Under the pieces are notes generated by a model. That model ran no database searches. It was given only the letters and a program-made list of their open reading frames with translations, and was not told where the DNA came from. DNA of 63,804 bases, filler included. It is 6 parts of 6 records of this genome, joined end to end, with 100 filler letters (N's around TTAATTAATTAA, not from the genome) between each part and the next. Parts side by side here need not be neighbours in the genome. Positions count along the whole stretch, not along the records: positions 1 to 14,057 come from DRR723986_5614; 5 more parts are not named here. One strand, 5' to 3'. The position numbers and the translations under genes were made by a program. Below are positions 1-10,445 of the stretch, piece after piece; the stretch's first letter is position 1; each line of letters opens with the position of its first letter.

Positions 1-2
1 AA

Positions 3-170
3 GAAGCGGCTGAAAAGGCACCGGCAAAAGCTGCTACCAAGAAGGCAACGGCGAAGAAAGCGGCTGAGAAAAAGCCTGCTGCTAAAGCTGCACCTGCCAA
101 GAAGGCACCAGCGAAGAAAGCCCCTGCTAAAAAAGCACCGGCAAAAGCTGCTAAAAAAGACGCTAAATAA
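3..170 (+). CDS. rpsB: 3' end of a gene with a Lys/Ala/Pro-rich tail, probably ribosomal protein S2 (partial)
   Basis: Frame 3 reads [14 protein letters not shown]...[21 protein letters not shown] with TAA at 168-170. Identity is inferred only from the conserved rpsB-tsf order; the S2 core is outside the window. Confidence 0.55.
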   Translation, partial: EAAEKAPAKAATKKATAKKAAEKKPAAKAAPAKKAPAKKAPAKKAPAKAAKKDAK

Positions 171-182
171 TCGCACAAAAAA

Positions 183-207
183 CCCCGGCGCGCGCAGCGC
201 CCCGGGG
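183..207 (+). terminator. GC-rich hairpin between the upstream gene and tsf (weak terminator or stabiliser)
   Basis: CCCCGG-C-GCGC-gca-GCGC-C-CCGGGG followed by CCTTTATTCT. Confidence 0.45.
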
Positions 208-258
208 CCTTTATTCTATGATTTAATAAGTGATTGTATAATCACAAGGAGAATCCTG

Positions 259-1185
259 ATGGCACAAGTTACTGCCGCACTTGTAAAAGAACTGCGTGAA
301 ATGTCTGGCGCAGGTATGATGGACTGTAAAAAAGCTTTATCTGAAAATGACGGTAATCTTGAAGCAGCAATTGATTGGCTTCGTACCAAAGGCCTTGCAT
401 CTGCTGGCAAAAAGCAATCTCGTGTTGCTGCTGAAGGTTTGGTTGCTTTGGCAACAAGCGGTGCAAAAGGTACAGCTGTAGAAGTTAATTCCGAGACAGA
501 TTTTGTTGCGCGCAACGAGCAATTTCAAGGACTTGTAGGCGACATTGCCACTGTTGCTCTTGAAGTAGGGGATGACGTTGACGCCATTAATGCTGCTTCA
601 TACCCTGGCAGTGCAAAGACTGTTGCAGAAACTGTAACAGATGCTATTGCAACAATCGGCGAGAACATGAATGTTCGCCGAGCCAAAACTGTTAACGTTG
701 ATACAGGTTTGGTTGCTTCATACGTTCACGGTGCTGTTGCTGATGGCATGGGAAAAATTGCAGTACTGGTTGGCTTGAAGTCAGACGCTAGTGAAGATGT
801 GCTCTCAAGCCTTGGTAAGCAGTTAGCTATGCATATTGCGGCTGCTAACCCCGCGTCTCTTTCCGAGGAAGATCTTGATCCGGAAATGGTTGAACGCGAA
901 AAACAAGTTCAAATGGATAAGGCACGAGAATCTGGCAAGCCAGAGGCTATCATTGAAAAGATGATTGTTGGCCGTATGAGGAAGTATCTCGAAGAAGTTG
1001 TTCTGCTGCACCAAACTTTTGTGATTGACGGCGAAACAAAGGTCTCAGCTGTAATTGAAGCCGCAGCAAAAGAAGCTGGCACTTCTATTGAACTGGTTGA
1101 GTTTGTTCGTATGGAAGTTGGTGAAGGCCTTGAGAAAAAAGAAGACGATTTCGCTGCTGAGGTTGCTGCTGCAGCAGGCGTCTAA
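259..1185 (+). CDS. tsf: Elongation factor Ts
   Basis: [19 protein letters not shown] and [10 protein letters not shown] motifs; AGGAGA RBS. Confidence 0.98.
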   Translation: MAQVTAALVKELREMSGAGMMDCKKALSENDGNLEAAIDWLRTKGLASAGKKQSRVAAEGLVALATSGAKGTAVEVNSETDFVARNEQFQGLVGDIATVALEVGDDVDAINAASYPGSAKTVAETVTDAIATIGENMNVRRAKTVNVDTGLVASYVHGAVADGMGKIAVLVGLKSDASEDVLSSLGKQLAMHIAAANPASLSEEDLDPEMVEREKQVQMDKARESGKPEAIIEKMIVGRMRKYLEEVVLLHQTFVIDGETKVSAVIEAAAKEAGTSIELVEFVRMEVGEGLEKKEDDFAAEVAAAAGV

Positions 1186-1204
1186 TATTAAAAAGCGAAT
1201 TAAT

Positions 1205-1236
1205 AAAAAGCCCGGGTTTATTGCCCGGGTTTTTTT
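1205..1236 (+). terminator. Rho-independent terminator after tsf
   Basis: AAAAAGCCCGGG-tttattg-CCCGGGTTTTTTT. Confidence 0.85.
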
Positions 1237-1380
1237 GTTGTCAAATTCTTGAGTAAAATATTAAAAAATATCTCAATTTATAAAATCATTTATAGTCATT
1301 GCCGGGTTGAGCAGATAAGCTGCGCGAAATGTGTTTAAGATGCACGCTTGGGGGAAATTTTTAGGGGAGTTTTGCCGCTT

Positions 1381-2106
1381 ATGTCTGAAGCACCACGCTA
1401 TAAACGTATTTTGTTAAAGCTTTCCGGCGAAGCCCTTATGGGCAAAGGGTCTTATGGAATTGACCCTGAAACTGCAACCCGGGTTTCTAACGAAATCAAA
1501 CAAGCACGTGATATCGGTGTCGAAGTATGCGTTGTAGTTGGCGGGGGCAATATTTTCAGGGGCATTAAGGGTGCTGCAGCAGGCCTTGACCGCACAACAG
1601 CAGACCATATGGGCATGCTGGCAACCGTAATGAATGCATTGGCATTACAAAACTCACTTGAGCAAGTTGGTGTTGATACGCGTGTTTTGTCTGCAATTCC
1701 TATGGCAAATGTTAGCGAACCCTATATTCGCAGGCGAGCTATTCGCCACCTAGAGAAAGGCAGAATTGTTATTTTTGCTGCCGGCACGGGGAATCCATTT
1801 TTTACTACTGATACGGCGGCAGCTCTTCGAGCAGCTGAAATGAATTGTAATGCTTTACTAAAAGGAACACAGGTTGACGGCGTATATAATGCTGACCCTA
1901 AAAAAGACCCTTCTGCAAAGCGCTATGAGACATTGACCTATATGGATGTTTTAAGACAAGACCTTCAAGTAATGGATGCATCTGCTATATCTTTAAGCCG
2001 AGAAAATAACATTCCGATTGTTGTATTTTCGATTCATACTGAAGATGAGCTGGTAAGTGTGTTAAAGGGTGGCGGAACCTGTACTGTTGTTGAGGAGGGG
2101 AAATAG
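1381..2106 (+). CDS. pyrH: UMP kinase
   Basis: [37 protein letters not shown] 1381 preferred over TTG 1348. Confidence 0.97.
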   Translation: MSEAPRYKRILLKLSGEALMGKGSYGIDPETATRVSNEIKQARDIGVEVCVVVGGGNIFRGIKGAAAGLDRTTADHMGMLATVMNALALQNSLEQVGVDTRVLSAIPMANVSEPYIRRRAIRHLEKGRIVIFAAGTGNPFFTTDTAAALRAAEMNCNALLKGTQVDGVYNADPKKDPSAKRYETLTYMDVLRQDLQVMDASAISLSRENNIPIVVFSIHTEDELVSVLKGGGTCTVVEEGK

Positions 2107-2108
2107 TC

Positions 2109-2672
2109 ATGAGTGGTGACGATATTGATCTTGATGATATCGAGCGAAGAATGAAGGGCGCAGTAGAGGCCTTGAAAACTGAGTTTGCTGGCTTGCGCAC
2201 TGGAAGGGCGTCAACCAGTTTGCTGGATCCAGTGACTGTGGATGTATATGGGTCCGTAATGCCGCTCAATCAAGTAGGCACAGTAACTGTCCCTGAACCG
2301 CGTATGCTTTCTATACAGGTTTGGGATAAATCAAACGGTCCTGCGGTTGAAAAGGCAGTTAGAAATGCAGGTCTTGGTCTGAATCCTATGCTTGACGGTC
2401 AGTTGGTACGTATTCCAATTCCTGAATTGAATGAAGAACGGCGCACTGAACTAGCGAAGGTTGCCGCGAAATATGCGGAGCAGGCGCGCATTGCTATACG
2501 AAACGTTCGTCGTGACGGCATGGATACTTTGAAGCGTATGGAAAAAGACAAGTCCATTGGTGAAGATGATCATAAAATGTATGCAGATGAGGTTCAAACT
2601 CTAACAAATACTTATGTTGGTGTTATTGATGAGACGCTGCAGACCAAAGAAGCAGAAATAATGCAGGTTTGA
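2109..2672 (+). CDS. frr: Ribosome recycling factor
   Basis: [21 protein letters not shown]; follows pyrH. Confidence 0.97.
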   Translation: MSGDDIDLDDIERRMKGAVEALKTEFAGLRTGRASTSLLDPVTVDVYGSVMPLNQVGTVTVPEPRMLSIQVWDKSNGPAVEKAVRNAGLGLNPMLDGQLVRIPIPELNEERRTELAKVAAKYAEQARIAIRNVRRDGMDTLKRMEKDKSIGEDDHKMYADEVQTLTNTYVGVIDETLQTKEAEIMQV

Positions 2673-2675
2673 TAT

Positions 2676-3416
2676 ATGGCTTCAGAGGCAGTAGTTTCCG
2701 CGCAAACTGGTGCGCCCAAAATTCCCAAGCATGTCGCCATTATTATGGACGGCAATGGTAGATGGGCGGCAAAAAATGGCGTTTCACGCAGTAAAGGGCA
2801 CCGAAAGGGTGCTGATGCCGTGCGCGAAGCTATTGAGGGTGCTTTCGAAACTGGCGTCTCGTTTTTAACGCTTTATGCTTTTTCATCAGAAAACTGGAAC
2901 AGACCTCCTGAAGAAGTAAGAGATTTAATGGGTTTGTTGCGCATGTACCTCAGGAAAGAGGTCCGCACACTTGCCAAAGAAGGGGTGAAACTGCGTGTTA
3001 TTGGTCGACGGGAAAACCTAAGCCAAGATATTTGTAAACTTATTGATGATGCAGAGAGAGATACAGCTCATAATACACGCCTGACATTGGTTGTTGCTCT
3101 TAGTTATGGATCAAGAGATGAAATTACTCACGCTGTAAAATCAATTGCGCGTTCGATAGCTGAGGGCAAAACATCTATCGATTCAATTGATGAGAAAAGT
3201 GTTGAAAATGCTTTGTTTACAGCAGGCATACCTGACCCTGACTTAATTATTCGAACCAGCGGTGAGCAAAGACTTTCCAATTTTTTGATGTGGCAAGCAG
3301 CATACGCAGAGTTTTTGTTTTCTCCTGTTCTTTGGCCTGACTTCACGCAACAAGCCTTTGCCGACGCGGTAGAGGATTATTCATCCCGTGATCGGCGTTT
3401 TGGCGCACGGCCTTAG
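2676..3416 (+). CDS. uppS: Undecaprenyl diphosphate synthase
   Basis: HVAIIMDGNGRWA, FSSENWNRP, RTSGEQRLSNF. Confidence 0.97.
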   Translation: MASEAVVSAQTGAPKIPKHVAIIMDGNGRWAAKNGVSRSKGHRKGADAVREAIEGAFETGVSFLTLYAFSSENWNRPPEEVRDLMGLLRMYLRKEVRTLAKEGVKLRVIGRRENLSQDICKLIDDAERDTAHNTRLTLVVALSYGSRDEITHAVKSIARSIAEGKTSIDSIDEKSVENALFTAGIPDPDLIIRTSGEQRLSNFLMWQAAYAEFLFSPVLWPDFTQQAFADAVEDYSSRDRRFGARP

Positions 3417-3436
3417 GTCGTGGAAAAGGGTAATCA

Positions 3437-4279
3437 ATGCCTTTAGGCCTTTCTGATAATTTATTTAAGCGAATTGTGTCTGCGCTTTCGTTGCTGCCAG
3501 TTGTGCTTGGCTTAGTTTACCTAGGTGGGTGGTGGTTTTTTGCCCTTTTGACCATTGGCGGCTGGATCATGATAGTTGAGTGGAACTTGCTTACCGGCGT
3601 TTCAGGCAAGAAAACGGTTGCTTCAGCTATACTTACCGCTTTGCTGGTTCCTGCATTAATTACTTACTTTGAGGACATTCAGAGGTTTGGTGTTGCAGTA
3701 GTAACGGTTCTGTTTGTTTTGTCTCTAGTTCTGGCAATAACACCGCCACAAAAAATAGCTGAAAGAGCCTCTAAACAGAAAGTCAAAAACAACACCGGAG
3801 TTGGGATAGCCTATGTTGGCTTAGCATTGACATCTCTTGCTTGGCTCAGAATACAGGATGATCATGGCTTGATAGTGATATGGACCTTCTTCGCTGTATG
3901 GGCAATGGATGTTGGCGGTTATTTTGCGGGGAAGGGCATTGGTGGCCCTAAATTAGCGCCCAAAATGAGTCCCAAAAAAACCTGGGCAGGATTAATTGGT
4001 GGTATGATTTTAGCTGCTATTATCTCGCTTGCGATTTCCTTGATTTTTAGTTTAGGCGATCCTCTATTAATGCCTTTTGCAGGCGCAATAATCGCTGTTA
4101 TCGCTCAATTGGGTGATTTATATGAAAGCGCTATAAAGCGCGCTATGAACAAAAAAGACAGCGGTGATCTTATTCCCGGCCATGGCGGTATATTGGACCG
4201 AGTGGATGGATTGGTTTTTGCAGCACCGGCCGTTGCATGTGCTGTAGCAGTTCCGCTTTTAAGTGAGGTTTCTAGTTAA
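3437..4279 (+). CDS. cdsA: Phosphatidate cytidylyltransferase
   Basis: Multi-TM; SPKKTWAG and KDSGDLIPGHGGILDRVD. Confidence 0.96.
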   Translation: MPLGLSDNLFKRIVSALSLLPVVLGLVYLGGWWFFALLTIGGWIMIVEWNLLTGVSGKKTVASAILTALLVPALITYFEDIQRFGVAVVTVLFVLSLVLAITPPQKIAERASKQKVKNNTGVGIAYVGLALTSLAWLRIQDDHGLIVIWTFFAVWAMDVGGYFAGKGIGGPKLAPKMSPKKTWAGLIGGMILAAIISLAISLIFSLGDPLLMPFAGAIIAVIAQLGDLYESAIKRAMNKKDSGDLIPGHGGILDRVDGLVFAAPAVACAVAVPLLSEVSS

Positions 4280-5452
4280 ATGACCATTGTTGCTCCAAAA
4301 AAGCTTACAATTCTTGGGGCGACAGGCTCTGTAGGTTTGAGTACTCTTGATTTAGTGCGGCGCAATCCAAAACAGTTCAAAATTGTCGCTTTAACAGCAA
4401 ACACGAGTGTTGATGCGCTTGCAAAACTAGCTATTGAATTCAACGCTGAGCTTGCCGTGATAGCGGACGCTGATAAATATGCAGACCTACAATCTGCTCT
4501 TAGTGGCACAAATGTTAAAGTGGCTGCTGGAGAAGGGGGGCTAGATGAGGCTGCTCAGGCAGACGCTAGTATAGTCATGGCTGCCATCGTTGGCGCAGCA
4601 GGCTTGCGCCCTACACTTGCTGCAATTAATCGCGGTGCAACTATAGCTCTTGCCAACAAAGAATGCCTGGTTTGTGCAGGCGATTTGATGATTGAAAATG
4701 CTAAACAAAGTGGGGCGTCAATTTTGCCGGTCGATTCCGAGCATAATGCTATTTTTCAAGTTTTTGACTTTAATGCAGAGCAATCAGTAGAGAAAATTAT
4801 TTTAACGGCATCAGGTGGCCCTTTTTGGAACAAGAGCAAAGATAGCCTGAAAGATGTGACGCCAGAACAGGCTATTAAGCATCCGAACTGGGACATGGGT
4901 CAAAAAATTTCGGTTGATTCAGCTACAATGATGAATAAAGGCCTTGAAGTTATTGAAGCCTATCATTTATTTCCTGTCCGAGCAGACCAAATAGAAGTCT
5001 TGGTTCATCCGCAATCGGTTGTTCATTCAATGGTGCAGTATGTTGATGGAAGCGTGCTAGCTCAGTTAGGCAGTCCCGATATGCGCACGCCTATTGCTTA
5101 TGCAATTTCTTGGCCTGAGCGCATGGACGCACCAGTTGATCGGCTTTCATTGGCGGATATTGGCGACCTAAGTTTTGCACAACCAGATTTCGATAAATTC
5201 CCATGTCTGAAGCAAGCAATGGATGCATTGAAGCATGGTGGCTCGGCACCGATAGTGTTGAATGCAGCTAATGAAATAGCAGTTGAAGCCTTTTTGACCG
5301 AGCAAATCGGATTTATGGATATTTCTGCTGTTGTTCATAGTGCGCTGTCTAAATTAGACATGAAAGCGCCACAATCCCTGCCAATGGTGTTTGAATTGGA
5401 CGAAGAGGCAAGAGCCGTTTCTAGAACCATTGTTAAAACCATGTCGAACTGA
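4280..5452 (+). CDS. dxr: 1-deoxy-D-xylulose-5-phosphate reductoisomerase
   Basis: LGATGSVG, LANKE, PVDSEH, HPNWDMG, DSATMMNK. Confidence 0.98.
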   Translation: MTIVAPKKLTILGATGSVGLSTLDLVRRNPKQFKIVALTANTSVDALAKLAIEFNAELAVIADADKYADLQSALSGTNVKVAAGEGGLDEAAQADASIVMAAIVGAAGLRPTLAAINRGATIALANKECLVCAGDLMIENAKQSGASILPVDSEHNAIFQVFDFNAEQSVEKIILTASGGPFWNKSKDSLKDVTPEQAIKHPNWDMGQKISVDSATMMNKGLEVIEAYHLFPVRADQIEVLVHPQSVVHSMVQYVDGSVLAQLGSPDMRTPIAYAISWPERMDAPVDRLSLADIGDLSFAQPDFDKFPCLKQAMDALKHGGSAPIVLNAANEIAVEAFLTEQIGFMDISAVVHSALSKLDMKAPQSLPMVFELDEEARAVSRTIVKTMSN

Positions 5453-5493
5453 TAGATAAACTTGCAAAATTAATAAGAAAATAGGCTGAAATC

Positions 5494-6606
5494 ATGGTTG
5501 AAACTGAAGGACCCGGTATTTTATTTACCATAGTCGCGTTTATTGCGGGCTTTTCCTTATTGGTTTTTATTCACGAGTGGGGTCATTACATCGTTGCTCG
5601 AATTTTCGGTGTAAAAGTAGATAGTTTTTCTATTGGCATGGGAAAAGAATTATTTGGGCGCACTGACCGCAATGGTACACGCTGGATGGTTGCCGCCTTT
5701 CCCATTGGTGGATATGTAAAATTTTTCGGCGACGCGTCAGCAGCGAGCAATCCTGGAGAAATACCAAAGGACATAAGTGAAGCAGACAGAGATGTTTGTT
5801 TTCATTTTAAACCTTTATGGCAAAAGGCACTTATTGTTTTTGCAGGACCTGCAATAAATTTGATCGCTGCTATTATTGTTTTTGCTGGTTTTATATTTTC
5901 ATATGGGATCCAGGTTTCAGAACCTGTTATTGCAGGCTTTAGCGAAACATCTGCTGCACAGGCAGCAGGCCTTCAGATCGGGGATAGAATTCTCTCGGTT
6001 AACGGCGAGTCTGTTGAACGCTTTAATGATATTGAACCAATCGTAAGGTTAAGGCCTGCGTATGACGTGCCTTTACAAGTAGAACGAGCAGGGCAGATTA
6101 TGAATTTTGAAGCCACGCTTGGTGTGGCTTATTTTGAAGACCGTTTCGAGAATAAATATCCGTATGGTGTTCTTGGGGTTGTCTCATCGCCAATGACACG
6201 TTTGCAGTTGGGACCACTAAGTTCTCTAAGCGAAGGTTTTCGCCAAACGGCTTCCATGACTAAAACAATGTTTACAACTCTTGGTCAAATAGTGATTGGC
6301 CTTCGGCCTGTCACTGATCTGGGTGGCCCTCCGCGTATTGCAAATATGGTTGGTGAGGCTGCGAACAAAGGTATTCCTGACTTTATATGGATTTTGGCAA
6401 TTTTGTCATTGAACTTGGGAATCGTTAATTTGTTGCCCATTCCCGTTCTTGATGGCGGGCATCTTTTGTTCTTTAGTTTAGAAGCAATTAAGGGTTCCCC
6501 ACTCAGTCAAAAGGCCCAAGAGGTCAGTTTTATCGGTGGAATGGCTTTTTTGTTGATTTTTATGGTGTTTGTTACATTGAATGACTTGCAATCTATGGCG
6601 CTGTAG
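5494..6606 (+). CDS. rseP: Site-2 intramembrane zinc metalloprotease with PDZ domain
   Basis: HEWGH, NLLPIPVLDGG, central PDZ segment. Confidence 0.95.
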   Translation: MVETEGPGILFTIVAFIAGFSLLVFIHEWGHYIVARIFGVKVDSFSIGMGKELFGRTDRNGTRWMVAAFPIGGYVKFFGDASAASNPGEIPKDISEADRDVCFHFKPLWQKALIVFAGPAINLIAAIIVFAGFIFSYGIQVSEPVIAGFSETSAAQAAGLQIGDRILSVNGESVERFNDIEPIVRLRPAYDVPLQVERAGQIMNFEATLGVAYFEDRFENKYPYGVLGVVSSPMTRLQLGPLSSLSEGFRQTASMTKTMFTTLGQIVIGLRPVTDLGGPPRIANMVGEAANKGIPDFIWILAILSLNLGIVNLLPIPVLDGGHLLFFSLEAIKGSPLSQKAQEVSFIGGMAFLLIFMVFVTLNDLQSMAL

Positions 6607-6655
6607 GTCAATTTCAGCGCCATTGCGCTTGAGACTATTATGATTGGGCTGAAAC

Positions 6656-9262
6656 TTGAGTTTATTACTAATGCGTATGATTAAACCCGTTGTTGTTTTG
6701 CTGGGTGTCCTGGGTTCTATTTTATACGCAGCCCCGGTTCTTTCACTGCAATCATCTGTGTCATCACAGCAGCAAGCTTTGCCCATTATTCGGCAGGTGA
6801 CTGTATCTGGTAACGAACGTGTTGAACCTGAGACTATCGCCTCCTATCTTACCGTTCGCACGGGAGACCCCTTTGACCCTGCTCAGTTAGACCTCAGCCT
6901 AAAAAACCTTTTTGCTACCGGTTTGTTCTCAGATGTGGAACTAACAGAACGAGGTGGTGTTCTTATTGTTAGGGTTGTTGAAAATCCAATCATTAACCGG
7001 ATTATTTTTGAAGGTAATAAAAAACTCGATAATCAAGAGTTGGCAGAAGAGGTAAGGCTAAGGCCTCGGCAGGTATTCACTCGTGCTCGGGTTAAGGCAG
7101 ATGTGCAGCGGATGCTGGTTCTCTATCAACGCTCTGGTCGTTTTGCCGCAATAATTGAGCCAAAGGTTGTTCAACAGGAACAAAATCGGGTTGATCTGGT
7201 ATTCGAAATACAAGAAGGGCCCAAGACAAAAGTCAGTTCAATTAACTTTTTGGGTAACAAGATATATGGGGACGGCGAGCTTAAAGACGTTTTGGCAACC
7301 AAAGAAGCGAGATGGTGGAAATTTTTCACATCAAACGATACTTTTGACCCTGACAGGCTTGCTTACGACCAACAGGTTTTGAGGCAACACTATCTTAATG
7401 AAGGCTATGCGGACTTCCGTGTTGTTTCTGCAGTTTCCGAGTTAACACCGAACCGGGAAGACTTTTTCATTACATTCACAGTTGAAGAAGGCGAAATATA
7501 TACGTTCGGTGAAATAGAAATTGACAGTGAAATTCGAGACGTAAATGAAACGTTGTTCCGTGCGTTTTTGTTAATGCGTGAGGGGCAAACTTACAACGCT
7601 GAAGCGATTGAAGAAACTATTGAGCAACTTTCCAACGCAGCTGGTCTCTTAGGTTATGCCTTTGTTGACGTTCGACCAAGAATTGAGCGTGACCGCGAAA
7701 ACCGAACAATTAATATCACATTCCGTATCTTAGATGCGCCTCGTGTTTATGTAGAACGCATTAATATTCGAGGAAATGTTGTAACCCTGGATAGGGTCGT
7801 GCGCCGTGAATTCCGTTTGCAAGAAGGCGATGCATTTAATTCGGCTTTGGTTAGCCGTTCTGATAACCGTCTTCAGCGACTGGACTTCTTCCGTGAGGTA
7901 GAAATTGAACAATTGCAAGGCTCTCAGCCAGACCGCCTCATCCTTGATGTTGCTGTAGAAGAACAAGCAACGGGCGAATTAAATTTGGGGGCAGGCTTCT
8001 CAAGTTTGGAGAACTTCATTTTCGATTTCTCTGTTAGGCAAAGAAACTTCCAAGGACGCGGCCAAGACCTGAGGTTAGGCGTACGTTTATCAGGAAACCG
8101 TCAAGAAATTGACTTAGGGTTTACAGAGCCATATTTCCTTGGCCGGCGCGTGGCGGCAGGTGCTGATATTTTTGCTCGGCGTATTGACAGTTCCAATTTT
8201 GGAGCAGCTTTTGACCAAGACTCTCTTGGTTTTTCACTCAGGGCTGGCGCTGCTATTTCCGAGTATTGGCAGGTATCAACGCGCTATACCCTCCGAAGGG
8301 ATAATGTAGAAATCCCTAATAGTTTACTGGTTTCAACATTTGGTAGTTTCCTCAATACTATTGCTGGGCAATTAACCGGCGACCCCGTAGCGGATGCAAC
8401 TTTGTTGGATAGGTTTGATAGAAATGGTGATGGCACCGTTACTGACGTTGATTTCGATACAAATGATGATGGTGTTTTCCAAGATACAGAGCTTGCAATT
8501 GGTTTAGGGCGTTCCTTCCAAGAATCTATCGGGCGGCGCTTCCAGTCAATATTGGGCGTTACGCTGCGGACAGACAGTCGTAATAGCCTCATCCGTCCAA
8601 CACGTGGTAAATCCTTCTCTATTAGTCAGGATTTTGCGGGCTTAGGTGGGGACGTTAAATATCTTAGAACACGTATTAACACGGATAATTATTGGACGCC
8701 TTGGGCAGGATGGACATTCCGTTTAAGTGCTGAAGGTGGCTTTATTGAAGGCCTTGGACAGTCAGTTCTACTTGCCGATAAATTTTATATCGGTGGGCCT
8801 AGAATTAGGGGCTTTGACGTTGCTGGTATTGGGCCGCGTGACTTTTCAGGCACGACAACAAGAAATACTAGCTCTCTGGGGGGAACAGCATTTTATATTG
8901 GTCGTGCTGAATTATTCTTCCCACTTGGAGATGCAGCACTCGAATCTGGCATCAACGCTTCTGTATTTATTGATGCAGGCTCCTTGTTCCGGGGACAAAT
9001 TAGTGATACTCCCAATTGCGAATTTTCGCTTACGGAGTTTGAAGCCTTTGAGACAGCGTCAGCTGAAGACCCAACGCTTACTTTTCCCTTCAGTACAAAT
9101 TGTATTGCTGGGGACAGTCCCAGGCCACGTGTGTCAGTTGGTATAGGGTTTTCGTGGCAGTCACCATTTGGTCCATTCCGAATTGATCTGTCACGAGCTT
9201 TGAGAAAACAATTGGGTGATAGAACCCAGACGTTACAATTTAACGTCGGAACAACATTTTAA
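6656..9262 (+). CDS. bamA: Outer membrane protein assembly factor BamA with enlarged loops
   Basis: POTRA repeats, IRGF lid motif, SPFGP, C-terminal Phe; true start may be a slightly downstream ATG. Confidence 0.96.
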   Translation: MSLLLMRMIKPVVVLLGVLGSILYAAPVLSLQSSVSSQQQALPIIRQVTVSGNERVEPETIASYLTVRTGDPFDPAQLDLSLKNLFATGLFSDVELTERGGVLIVRVVENPIINRIIFEGNKKLDNQELAEEVRLRPRQVFTRARVKADVQRMLVLYQRSGRFAAIIEPKVVQQEQNRVDLVFEIQEGPKTKVSSINFLGNKIYGDGELKDVLATKEARWWKFFTSNDTFDPDRLAYDQQVLRQHYLNEGYADFRVVSAVSELTPNREDFFITFTVEEGEIYTFGEIEIDSEIRDVNETLFRAFLLMREGQTYNAEAIEETIEQLSNAAGLLGYAFVDVRPRIERDRENRTINITFRILDAPRVYVERINIRGNVVTLDRVVRREFRLQEGDAFNSALVSRSDNRLQRLDFFREVEIEQLQGSQPDRLILDVAVEEQATGELNLGAGFSSLENFIFDFSVRQRNFQGRGQDLRLGVRLSGNRQEIDLGFTEPYFLGRRVAAGADIFARRIDSSNFGAAFDQDSLGFSLRAGAAISEYWQVSTRYTLRRDNVEIPNSLLVSTFGSFLNTIAGQLTGDPVADATLLDRFDRNGDGTVTDVDFDTNDDGVFQDTELAIGLGRSFQESIGRRFQSILGVTLRTDSRNSLIRPTRGKSFSISQDFAGLGGDVKYLRTRINTDNYWTPWAGWTFRLSAEGGFIEGLGQSVLLADKFYIGGPRIRGFDVAGIGPRDFSGTTTRNTSSLGGTAFYIGRAELFFPLGDAALESGINASVFIDAGSLFRGQISDTPNCEFSLTEFEAFETASAEDPTLTFPFSTNCIAGDSPRPRVSVGIGFSWQSPFGPFRIDLSRALRKQLGDRTQTLQFNVGTTF

Positions 9263-9278
9263 GAGTAAACGAGGTATA

Positions 9279-9953
9279 ATGATGTTTAGCATCGTACAAA
9301 AATTAAAAATTATTGCTGCATACTTGCTATTAACAGCGGGCTTTTCGACAGCTGGCTTGGCTGATATTCTTATTATTGATGATGAGCGTGTTGAGCGAGA
9401 GGCCGCGGCTTATAAAGACTTCAATTTGCAAACCAATCAAATTCGCGATGCCATTTTGCAGTTGCGTAATCGTTTGGCGCGCGGCGGCACTTTTGAGCAG
9501 GCACTAGCAGACTTTGAAGCTCGCCAGAAGGCGTTCAAAGATGACCTGGATCAGCGGAAGTCTATTATAGGCAACGCGAAATATGAAGAAGAGTTAGCGG
9601 CGAAACAAACAGAGTTTCAACAAGAAGGCCTTAATCTTAATCGTAGCTACCAAACAGAAACAGACCAGCTTGCAAGGCTTGAGTTGGTATTTGATCGGTT
9701 GCGTCAAGAGGCTCAAACTCAAGTTGAGAGAGCGCGTCAGCCCGTTCTTAGAAATATTCTGAAAGAACGGAGCGCTAAAATTATCATGCGCAAGCGCCTT
9801 GTAATGGGTTCTGCCAGTGGACTGGATGTGACAACCGAGTTTATCGAGCAGCTTGATGAAACATTGCCTACAGTTACGCTTACGTTGCTTCAACAGCCGG
9901 CTGCAGGCGCTGCACCAGAAGAAGTACCAGTGTCGGAAGAGGGTGGTCAGTAG
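9279..9953 (+). CDS. skp: Skp/OmpH-family periplasmic chaperone (elongated)
   Basis: Signal peptide, N-terminal ILIID strand, long helical region, C-terminal DVT..IEQLD; directly after bamA; GAGG RBS. Confidence 0.8.
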   Translation: MMFSIVQKLKIIAAYLLLTAGFSTAGLADILIIDDERVEREAAAYKDFNLQTNQIRDAILQLRNRLARGGTFEQALADFEARQKAFKDDLDQRKSIIGNAKYEEELAAKQTEFQQEGLNLNRSYQTETDQLARLELVFDRLRQEAQTQVERARQPVLRNILKERSAKIIMRKRLVMGSASGLDVTTEFIEQLDETLPTVTLTLLQQPAAGAAPEEVPVSEEGGQ

Positions 9954-9982
9954 TACCTACTGACTGCTTTACAGGGGGCGAT

Positions 9983-10420
9983 ATGGAACTTTCCATTTCA
10001 GAAATTATGGATTCGATACCACACCGGTATCCATTCTTGCTTGTTGATAAAATTATTGATGTTGTTCCCGGTGAAACGGCAACAGGTGTCAAAAATGTAA
10101 CGATTAACGAGCCATTTTTCCCTGGTCATTTTCCGCAAAAGCCGGTCATGCCAGGTGTGTTAATATTAGAAGCTATGGCTCAAACGGCTGGCGTTCTTGC
10201 TGTGCAATTCCTTGGAGATGAAGCACGCGGGAAAGTTATGTATTTTATGGGCATCGACGGTGCAAAGTTTAGACGACCAGTGGTACCTGGTGATGTATTG
10301 CACATGAAGGTTACTAAAACCCGTGGGGGTGGCGCGGTTTGGAAGTTTGATGCTGAAGCCTATGTTGGTGACGAGCTAGTGTCACAGGCAAAGCTTACCG
10401 CTATGTTAGGTGCTGAATAG
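9983..10420 (+). CDS. fabZ: 3-hydroxyacyl-ACP dehydratase
   Basis: PHRYPFLLVD, GHFP, PGVLILEAMAQ, FRRPVVPGD. Confidence 0.97.
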   Translation: MELSISEIMDSIPHRYPFLLVDKIIDVVPGETATGVKNVTINEPFFPGHFPQKPVMPGVLILEAMAQTAGVLAVQFLGDEARGKVMYFMGIDGAKFRRPVVPGDVLHMKVTKTRGGGAVWKFDAEAYVGDELVSQAKLTAMLGAE

Positions 10421-10445
10421 AACAAGCAGAATACTAGGTCGAATT

